NCBI GenBank assembly: GCA_032718475.1
Contig: JAUCBJ010007204.1
Coordinates: 62,001 to 126,000, forward strand
Length of the DNA: 64,000 bases
Reading direction: 5' to 3'
DNA from: Nemertoderma westbladi
Taxonomy: Eukaryota; Animalia; Xenacoelomorpha
In this document: positions 1 to 12,507 of the stretch, piece by piece
How positions within the stretch are numbered: position 1 is the first letter of the stretch
Layout: each line of letters begins with the position of its first letter
The notes under the pieces: model-generated
What the model saw: only the letters and a program-made list of their open reading frames with translations
What the model was told of the DNA's origin: nothing
Databases searched by the model: none
Made by a program: the position numbers and the translations under genes

Positions 1-749
1 TCCGTACCTGCCACCTCACCCCAACCACCCCCCCTCCTTCTCTAACCACTTCTCTCCCAATTCTTTGAGAACTGTTCCCGTTCCCTTATGTTCCATTCCA
101 AACTGAATTTATGTTTTAAGACCAGAATCCCTATTCCGCAACACCTAATTACGTAGATTTCAATCTCATTAGTAAATTAAATTATTCAACACATTGAGTT
201 GTAGACTTACAATTATGAAACACTTGACTGCATCTAATAAATTCTGGTGCTACCAATATTGTTAAATTATAACTCTGTGTAGATCGTAGGCCTAATAAAT
301 ATTGATATTTCCGCTTAATTCTCTCGCATTAACAGCAATTAAAGAGTAAAATATAGTGTTAAAATTAATTTGTTATATCATTACTATTACTATTAAATTT
401 CACTAACAGTTATTAATTGAATTGAGTTGGAATTATATTATCTACTGAATGATTTTATTATTGCAACAATAATTACAAGTATAATAATATTGTTCCGCCC
501 ATATAAACAGACCATAATGGCGGATAACACAGGTCAGTTTGCTATAATTTAGTATGGGGCCAGACACGAAGTCCCTATGTTAGATTGAGTTATTAGCTGC
601 TCAAAATCTAACACTAACGGCTGCGACAACTACTTGTAATTATTGACTCCATGACATTTGTGAGTTCGCAAAGGCTTCGCCTACTACTACGTGACTCACC
701 CCATAAGTTGAATATTATTATTGAGTCATAAACACTAAACACACACAGA

Positions 750-1693
750 CAGGGCCGGATTTAGGCATAGGCCGAGTAGGCGTGCGGACTAGGGCCTCCC
801 ATAAAAAGGGGGCCTCACACAAAAATACCATACCAGACATTTTTTAAATATAAATAACATTATTTTTTGAACTACAGTATTATCATATTCATATATTAAT
901 CTAATATTTATATTATTATGTAAATATACAATTTTCGGAAATATCTTATCACACGCTAACAACTAAAATTTACAGAGCCTGTGCGTGCATGGCCTGTGTA
1001 AGGGCCTCCGGGCCAGAGGAGCCCAAAAAGGCTAGCCCTTAACAGAGACAAAACCAAGTCATTTCATAATATGCAATGCACTAAATAACTTTATGTTCAT
1101 TTAAATATTATGTTTGTTTGTGATCTATTATTTCTGGCAGTGGCAGTGGCGGAGGAGTTGTGTTTTTCGTATGAAAAAATGTCATTTCGAAATAATTGCC
1201 ATCAATGTTGAAACCTTCCCACCCCCACATAGAACAGCCTGTCTCAGGGTGTGCTTGTGTGGCGAGCCACGTAAGTCCAGGTGAGACTTTGCAAAGGCTC
1301 TTCTGGACTTACATACTGACAACAACAATGTCGGGCACGAAGGAAGCACACCAACTAACATTTCATTACGGTTTTCTGAATCGCTGATGTCATTTATGAT
1401 ATCAGTTTTAATATTTGGTGGAATATAGTCTGTCTGTTTACATTTTGGCGGACAAATTGGCAGACAGAGATTCCATGATAACTCGAGAACGGAAATAAAT
1501 TTCGATAAGCTGTTATCAGATTTGGAATCCTCATTAAATTACACTCTAGTTGTAATAAAAAACTAATTTCTGAATTTTTCACCAAAGGAGGCTACACACC
1601 CCCCCCCCCCCCTCAACCCTTAAAAAAAAATTTATTTGGGAGCCTTTCACAAAGTTATGGCTTAGGGACTCCCACAATCTAAATCCGGCCCTG
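750..1693. mobile_element. Non-autonomous hAT-like MITE
   Basis: 15-bp TIRs CAGGGCCGGATTTAG (750-764) / CTAAATCCGGCCCTG (1679-1693). Flanks cacacaga / aacacaca match 6/8, a degenerate 8-bp TSD. No ORF. Confidence 0.7.
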
Positions 1694-2975
1694 AACACAC
1701 ATCCCACAGCCTACAAACACTGACACAATGTCTATAATATTTGATTTATTGATTGTATGTATACGCAGCTACCTCTATACCAGTAAGTATTTTTTACTAT
1801 TTTACGATTAAACTCTAATGATAATTATAGAGCTGGTAGAGACACAGAGAAAATCCAACAGTCAATACAACAATGTGATTGAACAGTTTAGATAAAGATA
1901 TAAATAAATACAACGGACGCACTGCCGGTCTTTGCTATTAAGTTTATAGTGGAATTATAAACTAAATCAATGATTAGTATAAATTACGTCGGAAAGATTT
2001 GCCGGTTTGTGATTATTTTGTGTCTGCCGGTAATTGTTACATCGTAATTAAGTGTTATAGGATAATCTGTTTGGGCTATGCCTCCAAAATAAAGCGCGGT
2101 AACGCTGATTGCTGTCAAAAATAAAACTGTAACTTTTGTTTATTGTGTTGGTTACTATAACGTTCCACTATAACGTCCCACCTTTTTCGAGAAGATCCTT
2201 CTGAAATCACCGGTACATATCTTGACGTGGATGGAGATTTTAGGTAGACGATAATTTAATTATAAACAACTACAGTATGGACAGCAGACAACAGTATTCA
2301 GTGGGCCTAGTATTTCTCCAACTCTTTTTTCCCGCTACCCTTTTTAACCAAAAAACTATAAGCTCGCATCTGTGGTTGTCAGACCTGCCAGATCTGTTGT
2401 TGTGGTGGCAGCCTAGGGGTCCCGGCAACAAAAGGGGATACCAAATTATATAATACAGTAACTGAAGAGTAGATGTGTAATCTAATGGATGAGCTTTGTA
2501 TACCGGTGTAATTCGTGGACCGCTTCCGCTTGTCGTCGTTTTGATGAAATGGAAACGGATCCAAAAGGTTAAACAAATTAAAATTCTACTCACAGACAGA
2601 TTTCTATATTTCCACTTCAGCCGCTAGGAGCAACCAGGAAATGTACATTATAAACAAGGAAAACCGAACCCACTCGAAAGCTGCTTGGCAGGCTCGTTTA
2701 AAACCAATATAAACAAAAATACCAAAATACTGCCTAGGGGGCATTTGATATGAGATTTGAATAATTAATTATAATAAATAATAAACTCTATAACTTACAG
2801 CCTTTCGCAACCCGTTTTTATAAGCTCTGCTTGGGTTAACTGTCTAATGAGAAGTTTAATCCAATATTATTTTACGCGTGCAGCTTCGTACTTACAGAAT
2901 GTTGGTGGTCTATACATACCATTCACTACATTACTGATTAATATATATTTAAATACCTATTTCTATTATTTGCAG

Positions 2976-3763
2976 TTGAAGGAACGAGAATCGAACCAAC
3001 AACCATTGATCAACTCTATTGTCCCCAGAGTGGCCAACCGGCAACATCTTCTGTTTGCCGGCCTCCGGGATTTATCAACCCACTGCTCTTCCACGCCAAC
3101 ATTATCAGACCTTCTCCCGTATACAACCCATATTTGGACTCATTTAGTGTTGGATTGGACTACAACAAACTGCGAATCCCTTTCCCATTTATCCCGTACA
3201 CACCATTAGCCAATCCAATTCACCCTTTCCCTATTCTAGCCAATCACTCGTTATCACCATTTCCTCACAACCAATATCCGTCACCAATGTTTCTCCCGCC
3301 ACCTAGCGGATTCCACCGCAATCCATCCGCCTACGTACCCGATTGGTTCCCATCGCCTCTCATTGGCGGACTTCCTTCTCCATCTATGGAACTGATGCCA
3401 CGGAACGCTAGCCAATCGGAAGATCAAACATTATTTGAGCAGCAGCACAATAAACCGAAACCCGGAATGTGTGAACAAAACCAACACATGGAAACCGCTG
3501 CTTGCTGTTCCAAAACTCTTAGATTAGATACAAATACCACTGCAATGAAGTATTCGAGGAATGGGAATAAGTATTCCAGCGCAACTAATATCAATATTTC
3601 GAATACCGAAATCAATGGTTCAGTAAGCCACGGAGGAATGTCTCCACTGGTCGCATCCAAACCGAAAGAAATTCTACCGGAATGCATAGATAATCGACCC
3701 ATCGACTTGTCAATGAACTCCAGATTTTGCCGAAGAGAGCGGTTACTTAGCAACAGCTATCAG
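2976..3763 (+). CDS. Internal coding exon of a host C2H2 zinc-finger transcription factor (Pro-rich region, CtBP-binding PIDLS motif)
   Basis: Acceptor ttatttgcAG at 2975 and donor cag|GTatat at 3764. The frame of ORF 3134..3853 is open back to the acceptor (EGTRIEP...). Pro-rich, contains PIDLS. Phase 0 matches the next exon. Confidence 0.65.
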
Positions 3764-4082
3764 GTATATAATATATACATCAATCTAAACCCTAATCAGT
3801 TTGTTTTTATTTTCTCCTTGTCATTGGACGTAATGAAACAAGATGAATATTGAGCCTCAGTTCGCTGTAGCTCTGGAAAAAACTTAGGATGATCTAATCT
3901 TATTTTAGCCTTCAGATGATTTTATCATTTATCAGATAAATTAGGCCTACATAGAATCTGCAAAGATTTTACATGTTGTGTAGTTTTATAAGCGTAACAA
4001 CACAACTGCCACCAATTTTACAAGCAACATTCAGTAATTTCAAATGATTAATGATTTTGGTTATTATATTTACTTTGAACAG

Positions 4083-4272
4083 AACGCGCCCAATCTCACT
4101 AATTTACACATGGATGACGACAAATCCCTCTACCTACCGAAAACTCAACTCGAGATTGCCAACAGGGAACCCATCACCGACTCCGCTAAGCAATATAAAT
4201 ACCAGTGCAAGAATTGTTCCAAGTCATTTAGCAAAACTAGCAGCCTAGAAAGCCACTACCGATTGCATTCAG
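4083..4272 (+). CDS. Exon encoding a C2H2 zinc finger of the same host gene
   Basis: Acceptor tttgaacAG at 4082. Encodes YQCKNCSKSFSKTSSLESHYRLHSG. Phase-1 donor cag|GTttgt falls in the SG-EKP linker, typical of C2H2 genes. No downstream exons recognised in the window. Confidence 0.75.
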
Positions 4273-4424
4273 GTTTGTAAAATACGGATAATCTGATCAA
4301 AATACTTGTGGTCTTGTGAATAATGTCAAGCAAAGTGATCAAAGGTGGCTAAGCATGACCTACTGTACTATGTATGTATATCAGATAGTATTTCGACGGA
4401 ATTAAAATTAATCTTTCTCAGGGG

Positions 4425-4676
4425 AAATCAACGCCTATAACAGCTGCCAAAAATAAAACTAAATTAACGCCTATAACAGCTGTCAAAAATAAAACTAAAT
4501 TAACGCCTATAACAGCTGTCAAAAATAAAACTAAATTAACGCCTATAACAGCTGTCAAAAATAAAACTAAATTAACGCCTATAACAGCTGTCAAAAATAA
4601 AACTAAATTAACGCCTATAACAGCTGTCAAAAATAAAACTAAATTAACGCCTATAACAGCTGTCAAAAATAAAACT
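4425..4676. repeat. Minisatellite, 7 x 36-bp unit (AAATTAACGCCTATAACAGCTGTCAAAAATAAAACT)
   Basis: Near-identical tandem units seen directly. They explain the repetitive minus-strand ORF 4418..4666. Confidence 0.95.
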
Positions 4677-5065
4677 ACATTAACTTTTGGCTACACATGA
4701 TGTGCCATAGAAATCTACGCCTTTCACTAAATTGATAATTTAACATTGAAACAAAATTAGCCGAGATGGGTTTGCGCCCAGTTCTCGCCTTGTCTATGTG
4801 GATTTCCTTTAGGTGTCTGTGCATATAGAAACCAGACGATTCCGAGAAAAAATAATTTTTGAGTTATGTATTGCATAAGAATCGGATTTTAATTAGCTTT
4901 CAAATGCACCTACCCACATGTCATTGCGACCCACAGTTCAAAAGTTACGCAATGAATAGTGAAAGTATATGAAAGTAAAATTTTATAATAGTAATTTTGA
5001 AATATTGATTTAAATGCTTAAAAACACGGTTTTTAAATATAAGTAAATCTAACTCTCTCTTTTCA

Positions 5066-5580
5066 TCTGTCTGTCTGTCTGTCAAATATATAACAGCATT
5101 TTAGCTAACTAAAATTTTGTTGTGGGAGTATTTCTGGTTGGAGATTTCATTTCCGATGTCAGTTTTCATGCTTGAAAAAATCTAGACTGAATCTGTGTCT
5201 GTCTGTCGGTCTGTCTGTCTGTCTGTCAGTCAAAAAATTAAGAATTATACTAGAAGACTAAAATTATCGTTATGGAGGTAATTGTGGGCGGTGATTTCAT
5301 TTCTGATATCAGTATTGATCCTTGAAGAAATCTTTTCTGACATTTTTGACAGAAAGACGGACAACTCTCCGTTTGGCTGACAGTCCGACAGACATACAAA
5401 CAGTCTTAAATCCGTAAAACATAAAAACTGTCATCAGAAATGAAATCACCGTCCACAAATACCCCCATAACGAACATTTTATTCAATTAGTAAACTTCCT
5501 TACATTTTTGACAGACAGACAGACAGACAACTGTCTGGCTGACAGTTCGACAGAAATAAAAAACAGTCTTGAATCCATCA
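5066..5580. repeat. Fold-back repeat: ~150-bp units with (GTCT)n in direct and inverted orientation, probably a non-autonomous DNA element
   Basis: GATTTCATTTC(C/T)GAT units at ~5140 and ~5295, inverted copy at ~5430 (ATCAGAAATGAAATCACC). (GTCT)n and (AGAC)n tracts. Confidence 0.6.
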
Positions 5581-5589
5581 AACATTTGA

Positions 5590-8500
5590 ATTTTAGCGGC
5601 CACTTAAGATAAATATTGCAACATAACACATTGTATAATGCAACAAATTGCGTCAGACACTAATTCTAGTGGTAGTGCGACGACGGCTGTTGGCATTGGG
5701 TGCGGTCTTTGTTTTTCAACTTTTCAAAATTCAGATTTAATTATCAACTGCAATCTTTGTAAACAGAAATATCACCGACAATGTGGTTCATTCTTTGAGA
5801 CTATCGATTTTTCAGACACTACCATTTTATCACACTGGTGCAATTTTTGTTATCATTATCTATTTCCTTTTGGTAGTGTTGAAAATGACGATCTCGATAT
5901 ATTTTCTAATGAAACGGGTGAAGTTAATTGTGAAGACATACAGGCTGCTGGCAACATCTTTAGTGATATTAATCCTGACGATAACTTGAATTGCAATTTG
6001 ATTCTAGGGGATTACTTTAATGAAACAATATTTGATAACCAATTTTACGGAAATGACAGCAGATCGAATTTTTCATTAATGCATTTAAATTGCAGGAGCT
6101 TAAACGCAAATATATGTGCAATAACAAATTTTTTGGAATCTATGAATGCCAATTTCGACATTCTGACTTTTTCTGAAACGTTTTTAACTAAAGATAGTGT
6201 ATTAAATGAAGTTGCCGTTCGTGGTTTTAAGGAACCTTACTGTGATTTTCGAAAATGGGGTAAGAGACTAGCCAGAGGAGGCACGGCTATTTATGCGCGC
6301 TCCGATTTAGAAACATCAATACGACCCGACCTTCATTTCAACGGCCCTGAAAATTGCTGGATAGAAGTGGCGAGGCCTCACCCTAATAAGCCCTTAATAA
6401 TTGGATGTATTTATCGCTCAGACGAAATAGAATTTGATAGTTTTAATAAAGGTTTTAATGATACACTTTCCAAATTGGCCTCAACAAATTACGACGTTGT
6501 TATAACCGGTGATTATAATATTGATGTTTCTAAACCAAATAAGCCTCGTACTAGTGAATATATTAATACAATATCTTCTAACGGCTTCACTCAAACTATA
6601 AACCAACATACTCGTATCACTCCCTATTCTAGATCTACTATAGACCACATCCTTTGTAATATACACTCATCTATTTGCTCACCTGGTGTATTTTTAACAG
6701 AAACTGGTACTACCGACCACCTTCCTACTTTCATGGTTTTAACTGATTATTCTATGTTTTTTCTTCCTCCTGATACAAAGCGCACTTACGATTACTCACA
6801 ATTTAATAAAGATAGGTTTACTAATGATGTACGAAACTTTTCCTTTAGATATTCAGCTAATAACACCCCTGACAAACTTAAACTAGAAAGTTTTTATGAT
6901 GACTTCACAAATATTTGCAAGGATAACCTTCCCTCCGTGGTTGTACAAAAACGAGATGTTCCAAAGAAACCTTGGCTCACAAAATCGCTAATTTTAGGAA
7001 TAAAAAAGAAAAACTTATTATACGCAATATATTCTAAATCACCCACAACTGAAAATCATAATCGTTATAAATTATACAGAAATAAATTAACCACACTACT
7101 TAGAGCAGCTGAAAAACAATACTACAACTCCGAATTCAATAAAAATTCTAATAATATGCGTAAGACTTGGAAAACATTAAACTCTTTATTACACCGTTCT
7201 GCAAAAACATCAACACCAAAGAGATTAAACGTGGACAAAGACGGGAAATTATTTCTCTCTCCAATCCAGCTGATATAGCCAACGCCTTTAACAATTTCTT
7301 TTCCAACATTGGTCCTCAACTTGCTTCACAATTTGCTTCAAGTTCTCGTTGTCCTACTCGCCATGTAAGACATTCCAAATCCAATTCCTTCGGACTTTCA
7401 GAAACATCTCCCGCTGAAATTCATTACATCATTTTACAATTAGATGAGAAGTGCGCCTCCAATGACGATTTTCCGATTTCTTTAGTAAAGCTTGCGGCCC
7501 CATTTATATCTACTCATTTATGTAGCTTGATTAATCTCAGTTTACGACTAGGGCATTTTCCTGATTGTCTTAAGTTAGCAAAGGTCATTCCAGCTTATAA
7601 GGGTGGTAACCCATTTCTTCCTACAAACTACCGTCCAATCTCCCTCCTCCCTGTTTTCCATAAAATTTTCGAAACAGTTTTATACAACCAGCTTATAGCA
7701 TACCTTAATAAATTCAATGTAATTTCGCGTAATCAATTCGGCTTCCGGAAAAAATTCACCACATCATATGCAGTAATAAATATAGTGGAGTCAATTCGAA
7801 ATGCTCTCGATAATCATCAATCCTCTTGTTTAGTATATATAGACCTCCGTAAGGCATTTGATACTCTTGACCACTCCATCCTTATAAAGAAACTTCAGTC
7901 ATATGGTATACGCGGTACCCCTCTGTCGATTTTCTCAGATTACTTATCCAATCGTAAACAGTTTGTTTCATTAGGTGTTACGTCATCTTTAGTTAATTCA
8001 ATCACCTGTGGTATCCCGCAAGGTTCGGTACTAGGCCCAATTCTTTTTTTACTTTATATAAATGATCTCCCAAATGCAACCTCTCTCATTGCCACTCTGT
8101 TTGCAGACGATACATCTCTCATGTTCCACGATAGTAACATAACCAGATTAACTAATACTATAAATACCGAAAGTAATTTAATTAATGATTGGCTGATAGA
8201 TAATAAATTAACCTTAAACACCGATAAAACAGAATACTCCATATTTACATTCTCGCAAAATTTCAACTTACCAAGCACAACAATTAATATCAACAACAAA
8301 CCCATCAGATACACGTCCGCTGCAAAATACTTAGGCATAATTATAGATGATAAACTCACATTTAAGGCGCACATTAAATACATACTTAAAAAAATTTCTA
8401 AAACAGGTGGACTGTTCTATAAACTTCGACATATACTTTCTAGAGAGTTACTCCGCATGCTTTTTAATACATTAATTTATCCTTACATTTTCTATGGCTT

Positions 8501-9270
8501 GATTGTTTGGGGCGGCACTTACAAGTCAAACACAGATCCTTTGAAAATAAAAATCAATAAGATATTGCGTTGTATCACATTTAATCATTCTCAATCCTCA
8601 TCCTATCCCATCTACCAACAATTACGTATCCTACCTCTAGATCTCCTCTATAAATACCAGGTGCTAATACTCATGTTTGAAGTCCATAATAATCCATCTC
8701 ACCCTCTAGCTTACCTCTTTACTAAAGCCTCTTCGGTTCACTCATATAATACTCGCTCTGCTTCCTCTGGCCTGTATCATTTACCTCCGGCTCGTTTGGA
8801 TGTTCGCCATCTTTCATTATCTATGCAAGGGCCACTTTTGTGGAACTCATTATCACAACTTATTAGGGACAGTCGAAACCTGGCGATATTTAAGAAAAAA
8901 TTAAAATACCACTTACTGCAGATATGATTAAACCATTTCAATTTCAATTGTTTCTATAGTAATGACTAATGAGAACTAATAATAATTAAATATTTACGTG
9001 GTATCCACAAGTGCAAGTTATTTCACGCCCAAACACGTCCTTTCCTCGACCCCCACGACATCCCTCTATTGCAGCAACACGAATGTGCCACTTTGAACCA
9101 GGACGAGGTCTCTCTCCACTCCGAAGGTAAACGATCCTGCCGCCAGTCCTTTCAATCTTTCTTCCCACTGCGTATTGGACGGACCTTTCTTGGGCATGCT
9201 AAAATCAATACATATGTATGGCATACATATGTATCACAAATAAATCTCATGTAAAACTGAATAAATAATA
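5590..9270 (+). mobile_element. Non-LTR retrotransposon, CR1/L2 group
   Basis: PHD-like finger, AP endonuclease and RT coding region, then a ~340-bp 3' UTR ending in AATAAATAATA. Boundaries approximate; no TSD found. Confidence 0.85.
5638..8927 (+). pseudogene. LINE PHD-APE-RT polyprotein with one frameshift near 7240-7260
   Basis: N-terminal CGLC..CNLC..H..C..CNFC (PHD-like). APE motifs HLNCRSL, FSETFL, GDYNID, IDHIL, TDHLP. RT motifs NYRPISLL, DLRKAFD, GIPQGSVLGP, FADD, KYLG. Confidence 0.9.
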
Positions 9271-9329
9271 ATTACCTATCGTATTGACACACGTGTGTAA
9301 CGTAGCACTTCACTGATCCGAATGGTTTC

Positions 9330-10618
9330 TGTAAAAGCTTCTGTGGGATATAACTGGCCCTTTTGCTTCGCAATCCAGTTTCCCCCCAGGCGCTGGAATA
9401 CTCTAAAAAGGTTCTCTAACTGTATATATATTCCCCTCGCCCGCAAGGTACCGTTACAAGTGTTTTAACGGACATAAAAGTCATTCTGCTATATACGTGT
9501 TTTAGCGGACATGGTAAGGCAAAAAACCTGCAATGCGCCAAATACCTTTCACAGCTTAGCCGTGATGATTCATATTACGACATCTAACAGCTGGTTGCTG
9601 ACATGGAAACAGCCATTGGACGCATGGTTCTTTGTTTGGCTTGAGCCAATCAGAGCGATTTTTCCTGTTGACGTGTAGCTTTTCGGTCGATCATAAGGAG
9701 AGTGTTCAGTCTTACTGTTTTTTCTTGATACTTTGTTGTTATTGCTATCTAGGCCAGGAACAACGGCTCTAGAGTCAATGCGTTTTCATACTTTTAGAAG
9801 AAACATTAGTAGGCTTAAATTATAGAGCGTATGACTGTTATCAATACAATTCATAATTCAATTCAATTCATATCATAACTTAACAATCGGCTTATCTTAT
9901 CATACTTTGTTATCGGTTCAACATACATTATTATACTGCTATTTACTGTTGTGTTTTGGTTGAATATTATTTGGAGAACATATATAAAGAACCCAAATTT
10001 CGCAATTTTCTTGATACACTACAGGTTAGAGAGACGGGTTATATATAGCGATTGCGACTTATATTGTTGTGGTTTGTAGTGAATTTAATGCTATTTGATA
10101 AGCACTACATTGGTCCGTTGCTGTTCTCTTTATATATGATAAAATTCATTGACGGTCGGCAAATTAGTATGCAGTATTGTGTGTTACCGGTAGTGTGCAT
10201 GATTGTGATTGATAACTAAGCATTTCCTAAAGAATGCGCCTCATACGTGAATTGTAAGCCTTACCGACTTACCGTTGTGATTAGTATAAGTCATATCTCT
10301 GTTTACTTAGATAGAGCGCCACGTCCTAAAGGAACTGTTAATATTTCCCGAAAGTGAATAATATTAGTCAGAAATTAATTATTAACGATCAATCGAATAA
10401 TACAATACAGTAAGCTTCACTGCAATAATAATCTAAGCCCTCAGAATCCAGTCTCCCGGGACTATCCAGCGGGTGAATGGACGCGCACTAGGCTGGCTTC
10501 TGCTAATGTTGTGTTTATTGGTATTAAATATTTGTCATCTTCTAAAGTATATTTATAAACAAAAAGACATATAAATTTTGGTAGGTTAAACTGCTAAAGG
10601 TCTTCAAAAGCGCGTACA
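9330..10618 (+). repeat. 5' LTR of BEL copy A
   Basis: TGTAAAAGCTTC...AAAAGCGCGTACA, highly similar to 34781-36066 and 47529-48779. CCAAT box at ~9645. Confidence 0.95.
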
Positions 10619-10629
10619 ATAACAGTCAT
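10619..10629 (+). promoter_or_regulatory. Non-tRNA primer-binding site, complementary to LTR 9831-9841 (putative self-priming)
   Basis: ATAACAGTCAT abuts the LTR and is the perfect reverse complement of ATGACTGTTAT (9831-9841). No TGG start. The pair covaries in copy C. Confidence 0.65.
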
Positions 10630-10659
10630 TGACTTTATTGCAGTAAGCAATAAAGTTGA

Positions 10660-11560
10660 AAGTACCGGTCAACCGGTAAACCTGAACCGGTACTTCTGTA
10701 GGCAGTAGGCCCAACTGCCAGAACCGGTACTGCTGTAGGTCCGTAGGTCCAACTGTCAGAACCGGTACTTCTGTAGGTCTGTAGGCCCAACTGTCCTAAC
10801 CGGTACTTCCAGTATAAGTACATTAGTATTATTCGATTTGATTATTGTATACCGGTAGGTCTCGATATTAAATCGGGGACGCCTGGTTTTTATTGGGATT
10901 TTACTTAGGTCTATTTCTGTCAGTTTTATTTCCTAGTAAGTTAATATTGAGCTGAAGACGTGTAAGTCTGCTCAGATTGTTCAGATAATTGTAGGCCGGA
11001 CTGTTGTCGGATTGTTGTTGGGTTTGGAGAAATTACTGCGTGTGTAGAGTTTGTCCGATAGAGTGCCAGTTAGTAAGTTGGGGCAGCCATAGCTGTAAGG
11101 TCAATCCCCTCTTAAAGAATAAGTCGTACTACCGTGTTAGAACGCATACTAACTAACAATTTTGGAATCTGCACATACTGTAGTTTATTTAGGCTTGACA
11201 GTATTCTGCCAGCGCTTTGGCCTGTGTTTGTTTGTGTGTTCTGTTCAGGTACCGTAATAGTTATTACTCAGATATTTTGTAGGCTGGATTGTTGTCTAGC
11301 TATTATTAGGTCCGAAGAGATTGCTGCGTGTGTAGAGTTTGTCTGATAAAGTGCCAGTTAGTAAGTTGGGGCAGCCATAGCTGTAAGGTCAATCCCCTCT
11401 TAAAGAATAAGTCGTACTACCGTGTTAGAACGCATACTAACTAACCGTTTTGGAATCTGCACATACAGTAGTTTATTTAGGCTTGGTGGTAGTCTGCCAG
11501 CGTTTGGTTTGTATTTTGTTTGAGTATTCTGTACGGGTAGCGTAATATTTATTATTCAGA
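10660..11560 (+). repeat. Repeats in the BEL leader: ~39-bp ACCGGTAC-containing tandem units (10660-10810) and a ~300-bp direct duplication (~10990-11560)
   Basis: Seen directly. The same organisation is in copy C (48825-49657) and, diverged, in copy B (63400-64000). Confidence 0.85.
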
Positions 11561-12507
11561 GTTTATGCGATTATTCGCAACATTCATGTCCCCAAGTTTA
11601 TTCCTACAATAATTGTGTTTGTTATACTTTTATAACGTATACTTTTATATACGTTTATATATTTGCCTCCGAAACCAGTAATGTTGGTAATTTTTCGACC
11701 CCTTGTGGAATTAATATTGGTAATTCAGTGATCAATAATGAAATATTTTCATCTGAAACCAGTAATACTCCGCCACATAAACACAGTTCCAAGGGGGAAT
11801 CTACTCCAGTTTCTCCAGGTACAGAGGCAGTTTGGATTCGGAGTGTGCCACATAAACCGGATTTCAAGGTAGAATCTACTCGAGTTTCTCCTGAGGTGGT
11901 TGGGAGTCAGCCACACAAAACCGGACCCGAGGGAGGATCTACTCCATTTTCTCCTCCTGAAGCAGTTTCGAGTCCGACACATAAACCCGGTTGCAAGGGA
12001 GGATTTACTCCAGTTTCTCCCGACACGGTTCGGAGTCAAGGTACTGTCCCCAACACTAACAGTCACATAGATAAAGAAATCAAATCAACATACCAACAAC
12101 TGATTACCAAGTTCTTCAACCCAAGGAATACAACTATAACAAACGATTCAGAAGAAGCAAGTGTTAAGACCAATACCTGTAGCGATGAGAACGAAGTTGA
12201 GTTTGTTGGCATAGAAGTATATCCTGATTGCTCACAAAAAACTGAGGAACAGACCATTGGAGAAATAATAGATTACCTATATAATCTCAATCCAAAGGAA
12301 AGACCAGGGCCAATTGTGACAACAAATCAAGAAAGATATACATACCTGAAACCAGAAACTTGGATTACAAACTGCATAGTAGACAGCTTTATGTACCTGA
12401 TAGAATCACACCATGACCACACAATCGCTGCCATTTCCAGCATGTGTACTGAGAAGATGCAACGTGATAATTATGATAAATATAGCACAATTAAGTATAT
12501 AGCTCCA

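Noticed and set aside
1769-1782. Candidate 14-nt micro-exon (cgcAG...cca|GTAAGT)
   Set aside because: Its length breaks phase with the neighbouring candidate exons and there is no other support.
4418-4680. CRISPR-like array or repetitive membrane-protein ORF
   Set aside because: The 36-bp units are contiguous with no unique spacers, the context is eukaryotic, and the ORF is an artefact of the repeat.
9822-9845. tRNA-Asn-like sequence (AGAGCGTATGACTGTTATCA) in the LTR
   Set aside because: No acceptor stem or T-arm, and the resemblance is lost in copies B and C. Kept only as an alternative to self-priming.
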